A DNA stretch of 64,000 bases. It comes from Malacoraja senta (Eukaryota). The DNA is taken from positions 20,276,001-20,340,000 of the forward strand of contig CM075988.1 of assembly GCA_038087875.1 (NCBI GenBank), in the 5' to 3' direction. The notes below the pieces were generated by a model, which was not told where the DNA came from, did not search any database, and was given only the letters and a program-made list of their open reading frames with translations. Numbering within the stretch: position 1 is the first letter of the stretch; each line of letters begins with the position of its first letter. Of this stretch, positions 1 to 12,699 are shown in pieces. The position numbers were made by a program, and so were the translations under genes.

Positions 1-9
1 TTGGTCCTC

Positions 10-209
10 TTGGGTTTTCTCCGGTGCTCCGGTTTCCTCCCACATTCCAAAGACTTGCGGGTTTGCAGGTCAATTGGTCTCTGTAAATTGCGCCTAGTGT
101 GTAGGGAGTGGATACGAAATTGGGATAATGTAGAACTAATGTAAAGATGGTTGGCATCGATTTGGTGGACTGAAGGGCTTGTTTCCTTGCTGTATTTCTA
201 AACTAAAAC
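10..209 (+). mobile_element. HE1-type V-SINE, 3' part (5' end cut by window edge)
   Basis: V-domain-like GGGTTTTCTCCGGTGCTCCGGTTTCCTCCCACATTCCAAAGAC and 3' tail GAAGGGCTTGTTTCCTTGCTGTATTTCTAAACTAAA shared with ~20 copies in the window. Confidence 0.85.
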
Positions 210-394
210 TCCTTGCCATTTGGATTCCAATGTTTCCCAAGGATGTCATGTGTTACAGAAACAATGTACCACCAATGTAACCTGTTCGACAATAGGTAGC
301 ATAGTAAGATTCTAATTCAAGGGAGCTGCCACTGGTAAAATGACCCCAAATAAATGACTGTTATAAAATCCTGATGGGGACATTTCACAATGAT

Positions 395-715
395 AAAACC
401 AAAAGCTATAATTTTCAACAGGTCGGGTAATAACAATGTATGAAATTCATAGGTGATGTTTCCAGTCAACGACTTTTCACCCAAAATGGGAAATGTTAGA
501 GATAAGATGCAGGAAAAGGGAGAATGGGAGGAATGAATAGTTCTGTCATTTGGTGGAATGCCAAAGAGTCCGATTGATGAAAGGGGTGATGGAGCAAGTT
601 AAAGGAGCAAAGGGACAAGCGAAGAAACTGAAAATGGGTCCAGAGGAGGTGTAAATGGGAACATCATGCTAAAATTGTTGAATCCAAAAGCTGCAATAGG
701 CAAATTTGGTCCTCT
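395..715 (-). mobile_element. Old, degraded Penelope-like element 3' remnant
   Basis: Weak arm similarity (CAACAGGTCGGGTAA...GGTGATGTTTCC) followed by purine-rich tract, same layout as 60115-60420. Confidence 0.4.
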
Positions 716-1158
716 TGACCTCTGGATCTCAGAGGTTGAAGCAGGGAAGAAAAATGAAATGACAAACAAAAGTTCCCAAGTACCACCTCACAGTGATCTT
801 CAGGAATAGATTACTTGGATAAGGAGTCCAATTTTCCACTGATTCCATTCATGAGCAATTGGAAAAAAAAATCTTTTCGTTTTTCCTCATTAGAAAGGAA
901 AATAATTTGGTTTAATAATTATCATCTTGCTTCTCTGCTATACCTCCAGTAGAGAGATGTTGTCTGTGCTCATAACTGAAGACTGCAAAAGTTACATTGC
1001 AACCAAAATTACCTTGCAACTTTCTTTTAGATCCCTGCTGTTTGATAAAAGTTGGTTTGCTATAAAAAATATAACACGAGTAAGTGTGGATCTTAATTTA
1101 ATAATTGATACAAATTTATCCTGGACATTTGACGTATTTTCAGATTATTTTCTCACTG

Positions 1159-1322
1159 TGGAAACAAGCTAATAATATCTGATAATATTTTTAGCTTCAG
1201 GATGTTTTACATGGCTAAAGATCTAAGTTGAAAAAGAGAAATGGAAAACAAGCTAACAATTTCTAAAAATATTTTGAGATTTAAGATATTTAATGTGGAT
1301 AAAGATCTGAGAAGGAGAAATG
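1159..1322 (+). repeat. Degenerate ~83-bp tandem duplication
   Basis: TGGAAACAAGCTAATAATATCTG...AAAGATCTAAG (from 1159) repeated as TGGAAAACAAGCTAACAATTTCT...AAAGATCTGAG (from 1242). Confidence 0.7.
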
Positions 1323-1534
1323 AAGACCTTCTATCCCTTTTATCCATCGGTGTCAATGATGGAATAAAACTCTCAAACCAAACTAAACCACATGGGTCAC
1401 ATCCAGTGGTCTTGCTGCTATGTATTGTGCAGATTATCTTGGACTCTTGTAAAATTATTCTATAAATTGTGGCTATAGTATTTGTAAGTCAGGATTGCAG
1501 GAAGTGTCCACAGAGAAAGAAACAGAGGCTACTT

Positions 1535-1858
1535 TCAATGACCTAAATAATGCTAACAGATGCTGTCTGAATATTTCCAGCATTTTCAACTTTATTTCGG
1601 ATATCTAGCATCTGCATTATTTTGCTTTTTAATCTGCTTGGTCATCTAGGACATCATCTTGATTTGGCTAGAGTTCTGAATTCAGATGGTGCAAAAACCT
1701 ACACAAACAATACTTCGAGAGATAGTACATACAGAGATAGTCGATATTTTGGTTTCTAATGCAGGGTCACGACCCGAAACAGGACCATTACTTCTACAGA
1801 TACTGACTGACCCACTGAGTTCCTCCAGATTCCAACATCTGCAGTCTATTGTGTCTCC
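1535..1858 (+). mobile_element. Two Penelope-like terminal-repeat arms (one old; one with decayed hammerhead core)
   Basis: ACAGATGCTG...TTTCCAGCATTTT...AGCATCTGCA at ~1555-1630; GGGTCACGACCCGAAAC...CTGACCCACTGAGTTCCTCCAG...CATCTGCAG at ~1760-1858. Confidence 0.65.
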
Positions 1859-1899
1859 TGATAAATAGCATTTAAATGAGCTATAACTTCCTGATCTTC

Positions 1900-2288
1900 A
1901 TACGTTATAGGAGCAGAGTTTGGCCATTCGGCCGTCAAGTTTACTCCGTCATTCAATCATGGCTCATTTATCTTTCCCTCTCAACCCCATTCCCCTGCCT
2001 TTTCCCCATAACCCCTGACATCCTTACTAATCAAGAATTTGTCCATCTCTGCTTTAAAAATAGCCATTGACTTGGCCTCCACAGCTGTCTGTGGCAATGA
2101 ATTCCACAGAATCACCACCCCCTGATTAAATAAATTCCTCATATTTTCAAAGTTACGTCCTTTTATTCTGAGTCTATGGATTCTGGTCCTAGACTCTCCC
2201 ACCAGTGGAAACATCCTCTCCATATTCACTATATCCAGGCCTCTCACTTTTCACTAAGTTTCAATGAGGTCCCCCGTCATCTTCTAAA
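1900..2288 (-). mobile_element. CR1 LINE 3' fragment
   Basis: ORF 1981-2247(-) ...ESRTRIHRLRIKG...LWNSLPQTAVEA...GYGEKAGEWG is the CR1 ORF2 C-terminus; 3' UTR follows. Confidence 0.9.
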
Positions 2289-2874
2289 GAGTTTGGAGTA
2301 GCTTATTCCAGGTACACCATAATAATGTGCTTTATCTATGCATTTCACCAGGCAAGTAGACTGCACTTGCCTCTGCTTCTCATTATCCTGAATATATATC
2401 TGGGTGGCTGAAAATGTATATCTTGAAGAGCGAACAGAGTGTAACAGGCTCACACTGGGATGCTGGGGTCAATTATGACCCACTTCAGATGACTTGCATG
2501 TGTCTTGGCTACGCAGCGGTTTGGAAGCACGCACATAATCTGATACAAAATGTACTAAACTTGCAGACAGGTCTCAACCTTGCATTTCGATCATCCTTCC
2601 CCAGACATTTTAGTAATTAAATATGTTGTCATTTTCTTTGCTACTGCCAAATAAAAAGTATCTTATTGAACTGGATGTCTGTGGAAGCACATTGCTCAGA
2701 ATCTGGCTTTAAGCTCAGAGTTAAGAGAACATCTTTTGCTAAATAGTGGGGCCTTGAGCCACAACCACTGTATTAATCCATTAACCCCATGGTTCTTCTA
2801 GATTTCTATTAGAGCATAATTGGACAAAATTAGAAAGATTATTTTGCAATGAGTTATTTAAAATAATCTAAGAT

Positions 2875-3312
2875 AATCTAGTCATGGAGTTGTACAGCTT
2901 GGAAACAAGCCCTTCAGCCTAATTTGTTCACGCCAATTTAATTGTATAATCCAACTGGACATTATTTGTATTTTGATTTATATTTTTTCCTTTTGTATGT
3001 CTTAAGATAATATTCATTCCTCTTAAAAAGGTGTATCAAATTATGAGGGTAATTCTTTGGGTGAATGGACAGAGTATTTTACTCAGGGTAGAGTAGATTT
3101 AATAAGAATCTAAGGGGCATGATTTTCACTCAGAGGTCAGGTACAATAGCGTTTGAAAAATTGTTGGACAGCTACATGGATAGGAAAGGTTTAGAAGGAT
3201 ATGGACCAAATGCGGGCAAATGGGACTAGCTTAGATGGAACATCTTGATCGACATGGATGAGTTGGGCTGAAGGGCCTGTTTCCGTGCTGATTAATTCTA
3301 TAATTCTGTGAC
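2875..3312. mobile_element. Degraded CR1 3' fragments
   Basis: GGATAGGAAAGGTTTAGAAGGATATGGACCAAATGCGGGCAAATGGGACTAG...GAAGGGCCTGTTTCCGTGCTG tail on +; a short inverted tail precedes it. Confidence 0.75.
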
Positions 3313-3634
3313 ATGAGGGAATTAAAGTTTAAGGGCTACAGGCATGGAGGGGTGGAAAGAGACTATTGGAATGTAGTACTGACTGTCGGCATGGACTCGG
3401 AGGGTCAAGTAGCTTCATCTTGTTCTGTATTACACAATCCAAACACCAAGATTTGATCCAGCCAGCACAGTTATACTGTAGATTATTTTCTCTATCGAGT
3501 TAACAATTTGCACTTTTCCATTCAGTTACCTTATACAACCCAGCTTACTCAGTTCCCACCTTCTCTGACTGGAGAAGAATTTCACTTTGACCGTGTATCG
3601 GTAGTGTCCTTGCTGTAGCAACTATGATTTTCAT

Positions 3635-3725
3635 GGATACAAGGAACTGCAGATGCTGGTTTCCAAAAAAAGACATAAAGTGCTGGAGTAACTCAGCAGG
3701 TCTTGCAGCTTCCCTGGAGAACATA
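3635..3725 (-). mobile_element. Penelope-like solo arm
   Basis: ACAAGGAACTGCAGATGCTGG...AAAGTGCTGGAGTAACTCAGCAGGTC. Confidence 0.8.
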
Positions 3726-4649
3726 GACCTTCTACGGATTTTGTCTTTAGTCCCACCAAGGACATAATTTTTTTTCACTATTACCATTACCTAGTATTAC
3801 TGTTATTAATTTGATGTACTTTTGATTTGTATATATTATCTGTGTTACTGTATTTACAGGCCTGTGGATCTGCAGCAAGTAAGAATAGTATTGTTCCATT
3901 GTCGGCACGTATGACAATTAAACACTCTTGAAACCTGTGCCAACTATTGCAGCTGATGCATCTATTCTAACAGCAAGCCCCCTTTAGAACAACAGCTGCC
4001 ACGTAAATCTCATCTTTCAGCTCAGGCCCTGTAAAACAAGACTGTTCTTCGGCTTTGTTGCGTAAGGAGTGGAGCTCACTGACGGAGTTACCATTATCAA
4101 TGAAGAGGGCTGGTGATCACCGACCAGATATCACAGCAGCATCAAATGCAGACCTGCGCCTCCTGACGGCATTGGTGACGCTACAGAGTGGGGTCACGCG
4201 GATTCTTTGGATGATTGACGTTGCTACTATCGAGCAAGGGGAATGTGTTGTTGGATGTTTGTGAATCAGGCAGGCAGCTCAAATTCAACTGTGTAGCCAT
4301 GCACAACATTTCGAGCTATCACAGGGGCCTCCAGCTCATCAGGTGCCAGACGTACCTTCCCACATTACAGCACAATAACATCAATAAGCCGAAAGTGGAC
4401 TTCATTGATCATAAACATTATCCACCTCTTCAGCACCACTGACCGGAGGTGCAATTTCTTCTTTTATAGTGATGAAGTACAGCAAAGTCAATGTCTAGTT
4501 AAGTTTATTATTGTCATATGTACTGAGGTACAGTGAAAAGTTTGTTTGTTGCATGGGATCCAATGCATGTCCTTATTGATGCAACAGGTCAAAAGGAAAT
4601 AATAAAATATTTGGAAATTTAGTTTATAGAAAGACAAAGGGAAGGGAAG

Positions 4650-4830
4650 CATAAGAATCTACAGATGCTGGAATCTTAAGCAAAGCACAAAGTACTGGAA
4701 TAACTCAGCGGGTCAGGTAGCAACGTCAACAATTCCTTCTCCCCAGAGATGCTGCCTGTCCCGCTGAGTTACTCCAGCTTTTTGTGTCTAGCATCTGGGG
4801 AGAAAATGGACAGGTGACATTTCTTTAGAC
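4650..4830. mobile_element. Penelope-like inverted-arm element, rearranged
   Basis: TACTGGAATAACTCAGCGGGTCAGG versus CCTGTCCCGCTGAGTTACTCCAGC in opposite orientation. Confidence 0.8.
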
Positions 4831-5029
4831 TATGAGCCTAGGGCAGAACATGGTCGGAGAGCAGCAGTCCTCTTGATCTGTTACATCAATTAGGGTTCAT
4901 CAATAAAGGCTCAATTGACTACATAAAAAAACAGGTGTGATTGAGAAATATCTCGGGTTAATTCCTAGAATGGGGGACTGGCGCTCCAAGTTCAAGAAAT
5001 GGTTCAGTTTCATGGGAGCAAAGGTGAAA

Positions 5030-5262
5030 CTATGACAGCAATCACCGAGGGCGAGCAGAGAGAGGCTCTCATTGAACAGAGAGGAGGGTGAACTTCTTCA
5101 AACTTCTCCCTCCCTTCTTTGAAGGATTATCACAGTGGAGCAGTAAAATAGGGACACAGATGGTGGAACCTCAAGCGAAGTGCTGGAGGAACTCAGCAGG
5201 TCAGGCAACAACTATGGAAGGAATGGACAGATGATGTTTCGGTTCAGGATCCTTCTTCATAC
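5030..5262 (-). mobile_element. Penelope-like arm, possibly with extended flanking element sequence
   Basis: GTGCTGGAGGAACTCAGCAGGTCAGGC...GATGTTTCGGTTCAGGATCCTTCTTCA; junction GCAGTAAAATAG resembles GCAGACAAAATG at 25645. Confidence 0.6.
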
Positions 5263-5769
5263 TCTCAGGTGGTGAGAGGTGTGGATTAAATAGAAAGGTT
5301 AATTGTGATAGATGAGAAAATCCATTGAGCTAGAATGAGATTCCGGTTTGGCAGTTTCTGTTCCCAATTACTGGAATATAGTGCAAGAAGAGATCAATTT
5401 ATTGGCTGTTCACCAAGAACACATTAGTTTGTGGCAAGATGACAAGATCTTTCCAGCGAGTTGTTGTGATGATTCTTTGCGTGGAGCCAGCTGAGTGCTG
5501 TTGACGGTCACAGGAAGGTCCAGCAATGGGTGGGAGATATCAGCAGCAACAGCTGCAGCCCTCTTCCCAGCTGTTAACATCTGCACGTTTACTAAAGCAA
5601 CAGCAGTCCAAGGAGACGATGGAACAAACCAAACACATGCAATGGAGAAAGGTCAGTTGAGATCCGTGGCCACAGAAGAGCAACACTTAGCACTTTGTCC
5701 ACCATTTCAAACCAGCTGAACTCAAGGGTCTAGTCTCAAATTCAGCCAAACTGTCAAAGGTTACTTGTT

Positions 5770-5945
5770 GAGACACAAGAAACTGCAGATGCTGGAATCT
5801 TGAGCAAAAAGAGGCAATACAGTATCTGTGGAAGGAATGGGCAAACACATTTTTTCAGGTCAGGACTCTTCTTAAGAAGGGTTCTGACCCAAACTTCATC
5901 TAGCTGTTCCCTCCACTGTTCTGCCTGACCCATTGGGTTACTCCA
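5770..5945. mobile_element. Penelope-like fold-back element
   Basis: Inverted arms centred on GACTCTTCTTAAGAAGGGTTCTGACCC. Confidence 0.75.
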
Positions 5946-5989
5946 AAGTTTCCTTCGAGCAATTAACCATCTGGATACATTGACATTAA

Positions 5990-6118
5990 AGTCATAGAAT
6001 TATACAGTGTGGAAACAGGCTCTTAGGCCCAACTCTTCCATGTCGACCAACATGCTCATCTACACTTGTCCCACCTGCCTGCGTTTGGCCCATATCCCTC
6101 TAAACCTATCCTATCCTT
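5990..6118 (-). mobile_element. CR1 3' UTR fragment
   Basis: GGAAACAGGCTCTTAGGCCCAAC...GGCCCATATCCCTCTAAACC. Confidence 0.8.
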
Positions 6119-6614
6119 ATTCTCGAAGCTGCTAATACATTTTTCTCTTAACCAGGTGATTTTCAAAAAGGAATTTTCTGGTCTTAGTTTGCTACTTTTA
6201 AATGTATGTTGTTATGCAGTTTGTTATTGGTGAATTTCAAAGATTCATGTCACTTTTCTGTTTGATGTTGGTACTGTAGCTTGTGTAGAGAATAGCAGAA
6301 AGATGGAAAGCACAGAGACTAACCAGCAGGTAGCTATGAAATCGTGTCAATCGACCATCCGGTGAGTAACAAAGTAGATTTCAGAACTACAGAGTCAGAA
6401 TAACCCTGCTGATGTAAATGTCCATTCATAACGCTTCTAATTATTTATAAACATAGCTGATTATTTTGGTGTTGACACTTGTGGTGTCACGAGGAGAGTT
6501 TGAATATCTAAATTAGTCGACTGAGAATAACATCTGTCCGAGGGAATCGTGAGAATCTATTACGGAATATGTTATAGCAGGACAATCTAGCATTGTCAAG
6601 GTAACCAGGCAAAT

Positions 6615-8015
6615 GCATAGGACCATACAAAATGGAAACATGTCCTTCAGCTCAACTCATCCATGCTGACCAAGATGCCCCATCCAAGGTAGTCCCATTT
6701 GCCCGTGCTTGGCCCATATCTCTCTAACCTTCCCTATCCATGTACCTGCCCAAATGTCTTTTAAATGTTATTATCTTTCCTGCCTCAACCATTTCCTCAG
6801 GTAACATGTTCTATATGCCCACCACCCTCTGTGTGAAAAGGTTGCCCCCTTTCACTTTAAACCGATGTGCTCTAGTTCTTGATTTCCCTATCCTGGGTAA
6901 AAGACTCTTTGTATTCACCCTATCATTATTCATATATTCCAATAGTGCCACATTCCAATAGCCCTTTCCCCCCCTCTATGTCTGTAACCCTTCAAGTTTA
7001 ATTCCCTCAAGTCACAGAATCATCGAGTCATACAGCACAGAAACAGGCCCTTCGGTCCAATTCGTCCATGTCGACCAAGATGCTCCATCTTAGCTAGTCC
7101 CTTTTGCCTGCACTTAGTCCACATCCCTCCAAACCTTTCTTATCCATGTACCTGGCCAAGAGACTTTTAAATATTGTTATTTTACCTGCCTCAACTCCCT
7201 TCTCTGGCAGCTCATTCCATATATCCACCACCATCTGTGTGAAAAAAGTTGCCCCTCAGGTTCGTATTAAATCATTTCCCCCTCACCTTAAAACTATGTC
7301 CTCTGGTTCATGATTCAGAGTCCGGGACTCTTGCGACTCCATGCATTCATCCTATACATTCACATAATTTTATGTACCTCTATAAGATCACCCTTCAGCC
7401 TCCTGTGCTCCAAGCTCTCCGTATAAGTTCATAAGTGACAGGAATAGAATTTGATCATTCGGCCCCATCAAGTCTACTCTGCCATTCAATCACGGCTGAT
7501 CTATCTCTCCCTGCTTACCCCATTCTTCTGCCTTATCCCCATAACCTCTGACACCTGTACTAATCAAGAATCTATCTATCTCTGCCTTAAATATATCTAC
7601 TGAGTTGGCCTCTACAACCTTCTGTGGCAAAGAATTCCACAGATTCACCAACCTCTGACTAAAGAAATTCTTCCTCATCTCCTTCCTAAAAGAGCGTCCT
7701 TTAATTCTGAGGCTATGACCTCTAGTCCTAGACTCTCCCACTAGTGGAAACATCCTCTCCACATCCACTCTATCCAAACCTTTCACTATTCTGTACATTT
7801 CAATGAGGTGCCCCTTCATTCTTCTAAACTCCAGTGAATACAGGCCCAGTGCTGACAAACGCTTTTTAAATATAGCTAGCAAGTCCTGGCAAATTCTCGT
7901 AAATCTTCCCTGCACTCTTTTCATCTGAATGGTATCTTTCCCTCAGCAAGTTGATCAAATCTGAACACAACACTCCAAGTGCAGTCTCGCCGACATTTTG
8001 TACAGCTGTAAAGTA
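6615..8015 (-). mobile_element. Cluster of CR1 3' fragments; younger CR1 (~7420-7862) nested in an older one
   Basis: ORF 7490-7924(-) LGLYSLEFRRMKGHLIEMYRIVKGLDRVD...ESRTRGHSLRIKG...LWNSLPQ; older copy resumes after ~7863. Confidence 0.9.
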
Positions 8016-9309
8016 ACTTACACAATTTCAACATAGCTTTGTGAAAGGGAAAACATGTTTGAATAACTTACTGAAATTCCCTAATGAAGCTACTTCTGCT
8101 CTGGATGCAAGGAGCAGTTGATGCAGGGTGCAGAAAACTATTTATGTTCAGGAGCTAACAATAGTCTGAATAGAAGATCGAACATAGAAGAGTAGCGCCC
8201 AAGAACGGGCTCTTCAAGCTACAATGTCTGTCGACCATGATGCCTATTTGAACTGTTCAGGAAGGGGGGGGGGAGGGTGGAGGTGAAATCTGTAGTTTCT
8301 TGTTATTATGTAAGTTGAAGTGCAATTGGATTGCCACATTTCAGAGAGAATACTTTGAATCGTTGGATCAATTCCAACCATGGGCCTGTCCAGAATTAAA
8401 GATTGCTGTTGAGGCAGTTCACGAATATCCTCTCACAGAACATAAATAACAGATATCTGCTATCAACATACTCGATTCCCACATTGGCTCATAGGAACAC
8501 AAGGCCACAAATAGCTTACAACAGTTCTGCAAGAAACTCCTGATGTGATGAGGTGCTATTTATCGTGATTGGGGAACTTTTACTGAAACGAATATTTCAA
8601 CAGTTCACTGAGACAACATCTCTCCACAGGAACCCAGTGCAGCGAAGGGTTTGGACACTGGAAGGATTGAAGGTATTTTCATGTCAACAGTGTTTTATTG
8701 TCATATGTCCCAAACAAAATAATGAAATGCTTACTTGCAGCAGCACAACAGAATATGTATACATAGTAATCTGTAAACAATATAATAAATGAAAAGAAGT
8801 TTGGAGGTGTTCTGCAATCCAGCACGTCATTTCTGGAAAGTTCCAACGATAATAATGTCCAGGAGACGCCAAGAGATAGAGAACACTGTTTTGTGGACTA
8901 ATGAAAAATAACACACGTGCTTGTGTCATGTGTAGGATGATATCGCTGTGATTATCAGTGGGACCATGATAATCAAATGGCTTACTTACATTCTTACATA
9001 AATATTTGCTACACTCGACACATATCCAGAGCAATTCCAGGTTTGGTCTGTTAGCATGCTTTCAGATGCCTGGATCTTATTAACTATGTTTGGGTCTTTG
9101 ATGTTGCTTACTTCTTGGTCTGAAGATTGATAGAACGTAAGACAGAACAGCACACAAACACCACTCTTGACGCTCGACCATGTAGATAAGTTAAATTGTA
9201 GGTCTGCCTGCACATAGTCTATATTCCATAGTCTATGTTTGTCTAAATGCTTCTTCACCTGGGTGACACTATCAACTGTTTTTGACTTGGTGGAGTCATA
9301 GAATCACAG

Positions 9310-9880
9310 AGCTCCTGGGATGCCCCGCAATGGCAAAAGGCTCCTGGAACCCGTCCAGGAGACCCGGAGGCCAGACGAAGGAAAACCCAGCGGGCCGTGG
9401 CCAGTAGGGGGTGCCGCTGAGCCCTCCGCAGCCACATGCGGCAGCAGGCAAGGCTCACTGCCACGAAGGAGGAAAGATCCGGTGGGCCACAACCTGCAGG
9501 GGGGAAGCCGAGCTGGGCACTGAAGACTGGAGAGCCGAGGATGAGGGAGCCGCTGGCGACGACGGACGCGAGGAGTAAGAGAGGGACCAGGGTATTACCT
9601 CCTGCATCTTCAAGGCCAGCTGCAGGAGGCATCCCCGGGGCACAAGCGGTCGGGCGAGGAGAAGGATGTCAGTTGGCGGGCCGATCCTGTCGAGGGAGAT
9701 GGAGGAGGGCCAGCAGCAGCCTGGGGCCTACCTGGATCAGGAGCCGCTCCAGTACATTGGGCGCATGGGCCAGACTTTGGACTTTTTTGTAAATTACACC
9801 AAAATACGGTGACTCGTGTGACATGTGTGATCTTTGCAAAAACAATTTCATTGTGCAGTGCGCACATGACATTAAAGCAT
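9310..9880 (+). mobile_element. Unclassified GC-rich non-autonomous retroposon, copy A
   Basis: CpG-rich island in AT-rich DNA; colinear with 29015-29480(-); ends in a LINE-like tail AATTTCATTGTGCAGTGCGCACATGACATTAAA. Confidence 0.7.
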
Positions 9881-9899
9881 TTCTCTTTTACGTATCGTT

Positions 9900-10013
9900 A
9901 GCTTTTAGATAATGTGTGAATGGTGCACTGACTGGTTGGCATTTTTTAATTTCGTTGTACATGTTTACATGTTATAATGACAATAAAGTATTCATTCATT
10001 CATTCATTCATTA
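9900..10013 (+). repeat. LINE-type 3' tail with (TTCA)n microsatellite
   Basis: AATTTCGTTGTAC...AATGACAATAAAGTA followed by TTCA repeats. Confidence 0.7.
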
Positions 10014-10565
10014 TTGAACCATTGAAATCCTTCTAAACCTTTCTTATCCATGTACCTGTCCAAATGTCTTTTAAATGCTGTTATAGTTTCTGCCTCAACT
10101 ACCTCCTCTGGCAGTACATTCCATATACCCACTGTCCTTTCCTATTTCACTTTTCCTACCAAAATGGAGAAATTCACATCGCGTTGTTCTCCATTAGCCA
10201 AATCCCCGTCCACTCACTAACTGTATATGTTGTAACCTCCTTAGGTTCTCTTCACATTTTACTTCCCCACCTAATGTTGTGCCATCAGCATAATTAGCAG
10301 CCACACCATTGGTGACCATCCAAGTCATTTATGTAAATTGTTAAAAGTTGAGTTTGGCTCACCACTCGTCACATCTAATGCTCACGTGTTTCCTGTTAGC
10401 CAGCCTATCTCATATTCATCTCGTAAAAGAGTTCATAAAATGATGACAGGCACAGATAGTGTAGACAGTCTCTTTGGGTGGAAATGTCCAAGACTAGAGG
10501 GTATAGCTACATGGTGAGAGGGGGAAACTTTAATGGAGATATACTGGGCAAGTTTTGAACAAAAC

Positions 10566-11170
10566 GTCAGCACAGTAGCGCATCATTATAGTTGTTGCCT
10601 TCCAGCGCCAGTGACCTGGATTTGATCTGACTATGGGTGCTGTCTCTACGGAGTTTGTACGTTCTTCCTGTAACTGCGTGGGTTTCTCTGGGTGCCCTGG
10701 TTTTCCAAAGACATGCAGGTTTGTAGATTAATTGGTATCTGTAAATTGTCCCTAGTGTCTACGATAGAACTAGTGTATGGCTGACCAATGGTCGGCCGGG
10801 ACTCGATGGGCCGAAGGGCCTGTTTCGAACCATCTAGGCTACACCATTACATCGATGACCCCATGGACGTCCCTGGCCAAGACCTGCCCCGAAAGCAGTG
10901 GACAACCCTCAACCGCTTGAGGACAGGCATCGGACGCTATGGGGTAGGGATGAAGAGGTGGGGCCTCGTGGACAGCGCCTCCTGCGAGTGTGGGGACCCA
11001 ACACAGACAGTGGAGCACATAGTCACCAGTTGCCCCAAACACCGGCCACCGAATGGTGAACGAGGTCTGATTGACCTGGACAATGACACGTTGGCCTGGG
11101 TCGCCTCAACGGAGCTGCAGGTCTAAAAGACACACGACAGAAGAAGAAGGGCCTGGTTCCATGCTGTATC
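10566..11170 (+). mobile_element. HE1-type SINE, tail interrupted at 10827-11145
   Basis: tRNA-like head, V domain, tail GAAGGGCCTGTTTC duplicated around the insert. Confidence 0.85.
10827..11148 (+). mobile_element. Vingi/Ingi-clade LINE 3' fragment with open C-terminal zinc-knuckle ORF
   Basis: WTTLNRLRTGIGRYGVGMKRWGLVDSASCECGDPTQTVEHIVTSCP (CxC...H...C knuckle), stop at 11124-11126, short 3' UTR CACACGACAGAAGAAGAAG, 14-bp TSD with 1 mismatch. Confidence 0.8.
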
Positions 11171-12699
11171 TGGGGGCCTGGAATGCATTGCCGGGAATGG
11201 TGGTGGAGGCAGATACCATAGTGATGTTTAAGAAGCTTTCAGATAGGCACATGGATGTGCAGGGAATGGAGGGATATGGATCATGTTCGGCAAATGAGAT
11301 CCGTTTAACTAGGCATCATGTTTGGCACAGACATTGTGGGCCAAAGGGCTCGGTCCTGTGCAGTACCGTTCTATGTTCCAACTGGGTGAACTTGGGGATC
11401 TGAAAAATAGTGTAACAAATTAATTAATCTTATTTGCCTCCACTCATCTCCTGCATTTCAATTATCTTCAAATGGTAGCTGCAGATAATCACAGAGATTT
11501 TGCTGGGCATTTAGACTGTGGATGTATATTATCCAGAGCAGGCCTTTTATAAACACGGATAATGCATTTCTAGTCTAAATTAATCCTTTCTTTAATGCTG
11601 ACCCGGGCTTTCTGTGATCAATTTGTCAACATTTGAAAGGGCCCCGTGTTTCAGCATTCAGCCTGAGTTTGCTGCTCCGCCTACAGAAATCAAATGTTCA
11701 AAATCTCAGTTGACAGCTACTCAAAACTGATCAAATTCATCAGCCGCAAATGAAAAACAGTTGGAAAAGGAGGGTTTTATTTTAAAACAGATCAGTAGGG
11801 TCAGTCAAGAAGTGAAAAATGACCATAAAATTGCTGCTTGGTTCTCCTGCCAAGGTGATTGTTTTGAGTGGCAAGATCCTATACTCCTCAGAACAAAATT
11901 ATTTCCTGATGTGGAGTGGTGTGGATGGTTTTAAAGTGATTAATATTTGGTGTAACTCAATGCTGATTACCTTTCATTTTTAACCTGCTTTCTTAGCCTT
12001 ATCCAGTGTGTTTGCTTTACTTGGTCAATGAGCGATGTCTCTCGATGGGCTGTAAGAAACGTTCTTTGAATAATTTGCATCAGATTCCCATTACATTCAG
12101 TTGGACAGAGTATCTTTGGATGAAGGATAACTCTTATGATCTAAGCCATTCATTCATATCAACGAGTGACTGATGATCGGGTGTGACGTAGTTGCATTAA
12201 GCGATCTCTGTTACAATCCTGTAACAGTAATGTGGCAAGGCAGTTGTCCAAGCAGACACCTCTTCTTAACTCTTTGCCATCCAGGGTCGTTATCTTGGAT
12301 CAGCCAACAGCGAGAAGGAAATCCTCAACCTCAGACACCTCATTCACCCTCTCACCACTTAATTTAAGACTGTAGTCCTAGAGGAGAGATCATATTAACT
12401 CATGTTCAGCAGATTTATGGAAGATTACTGGATTATGTCATGACTTTGAACTAAGGCCTTGACAAAATACACATTGGAGCTCCCTCCATTGTCCCACTGA
12501 TAATATTCACTGTGCTCTTATATTAACTGATAATTTAGGTGTGGAGAAGGTTTTTTATATCAAAGCTGTTAGATGTTTTGGCTGAGAGAAAAAGTAGCCA
12601 CGCAAAGCTACTGCTGACTTGCTTCTCCCACTTAGACCAATGACATAAATGAACGTAGAAAGGTTAACACTCTTAACTCTTGACGTGTATTCATACCCA

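Larger units (their letters stand above)
10430..11378 (+). mobile_element. CR1 3' fragment split by a nested HE1 SINE and a Vingi-like LINE
   Basis: CR1 AAGACTAGAGGGTATAGC (~10490) resumes at GGGGCCTGGAATGCATTGCC (~11171) and runs to its TTCTATGTTC tail. Confidence 0.8.

Noticed and set aside
4020..4460. Moderately GC-rich stretch with two short ORFs (also 47600-47950)
   Set aside because: Possibly very old LINE debris, but I could not match any diagnostic motif.
8340..8960. Possible ancient Harbinger transposase relic (FN...FG..K...WRC-like fragments)
   Set aside because: Motif spacing does not fit and frames are broken; it needs a profile search before any claim.
9255..9792. Overlapping GC-rich ORFs or a CpG-island promoter
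   Set aside because: Stop-codon scarcity follows from high GC; the second copy has indels, which fits a dispersed repeat better.
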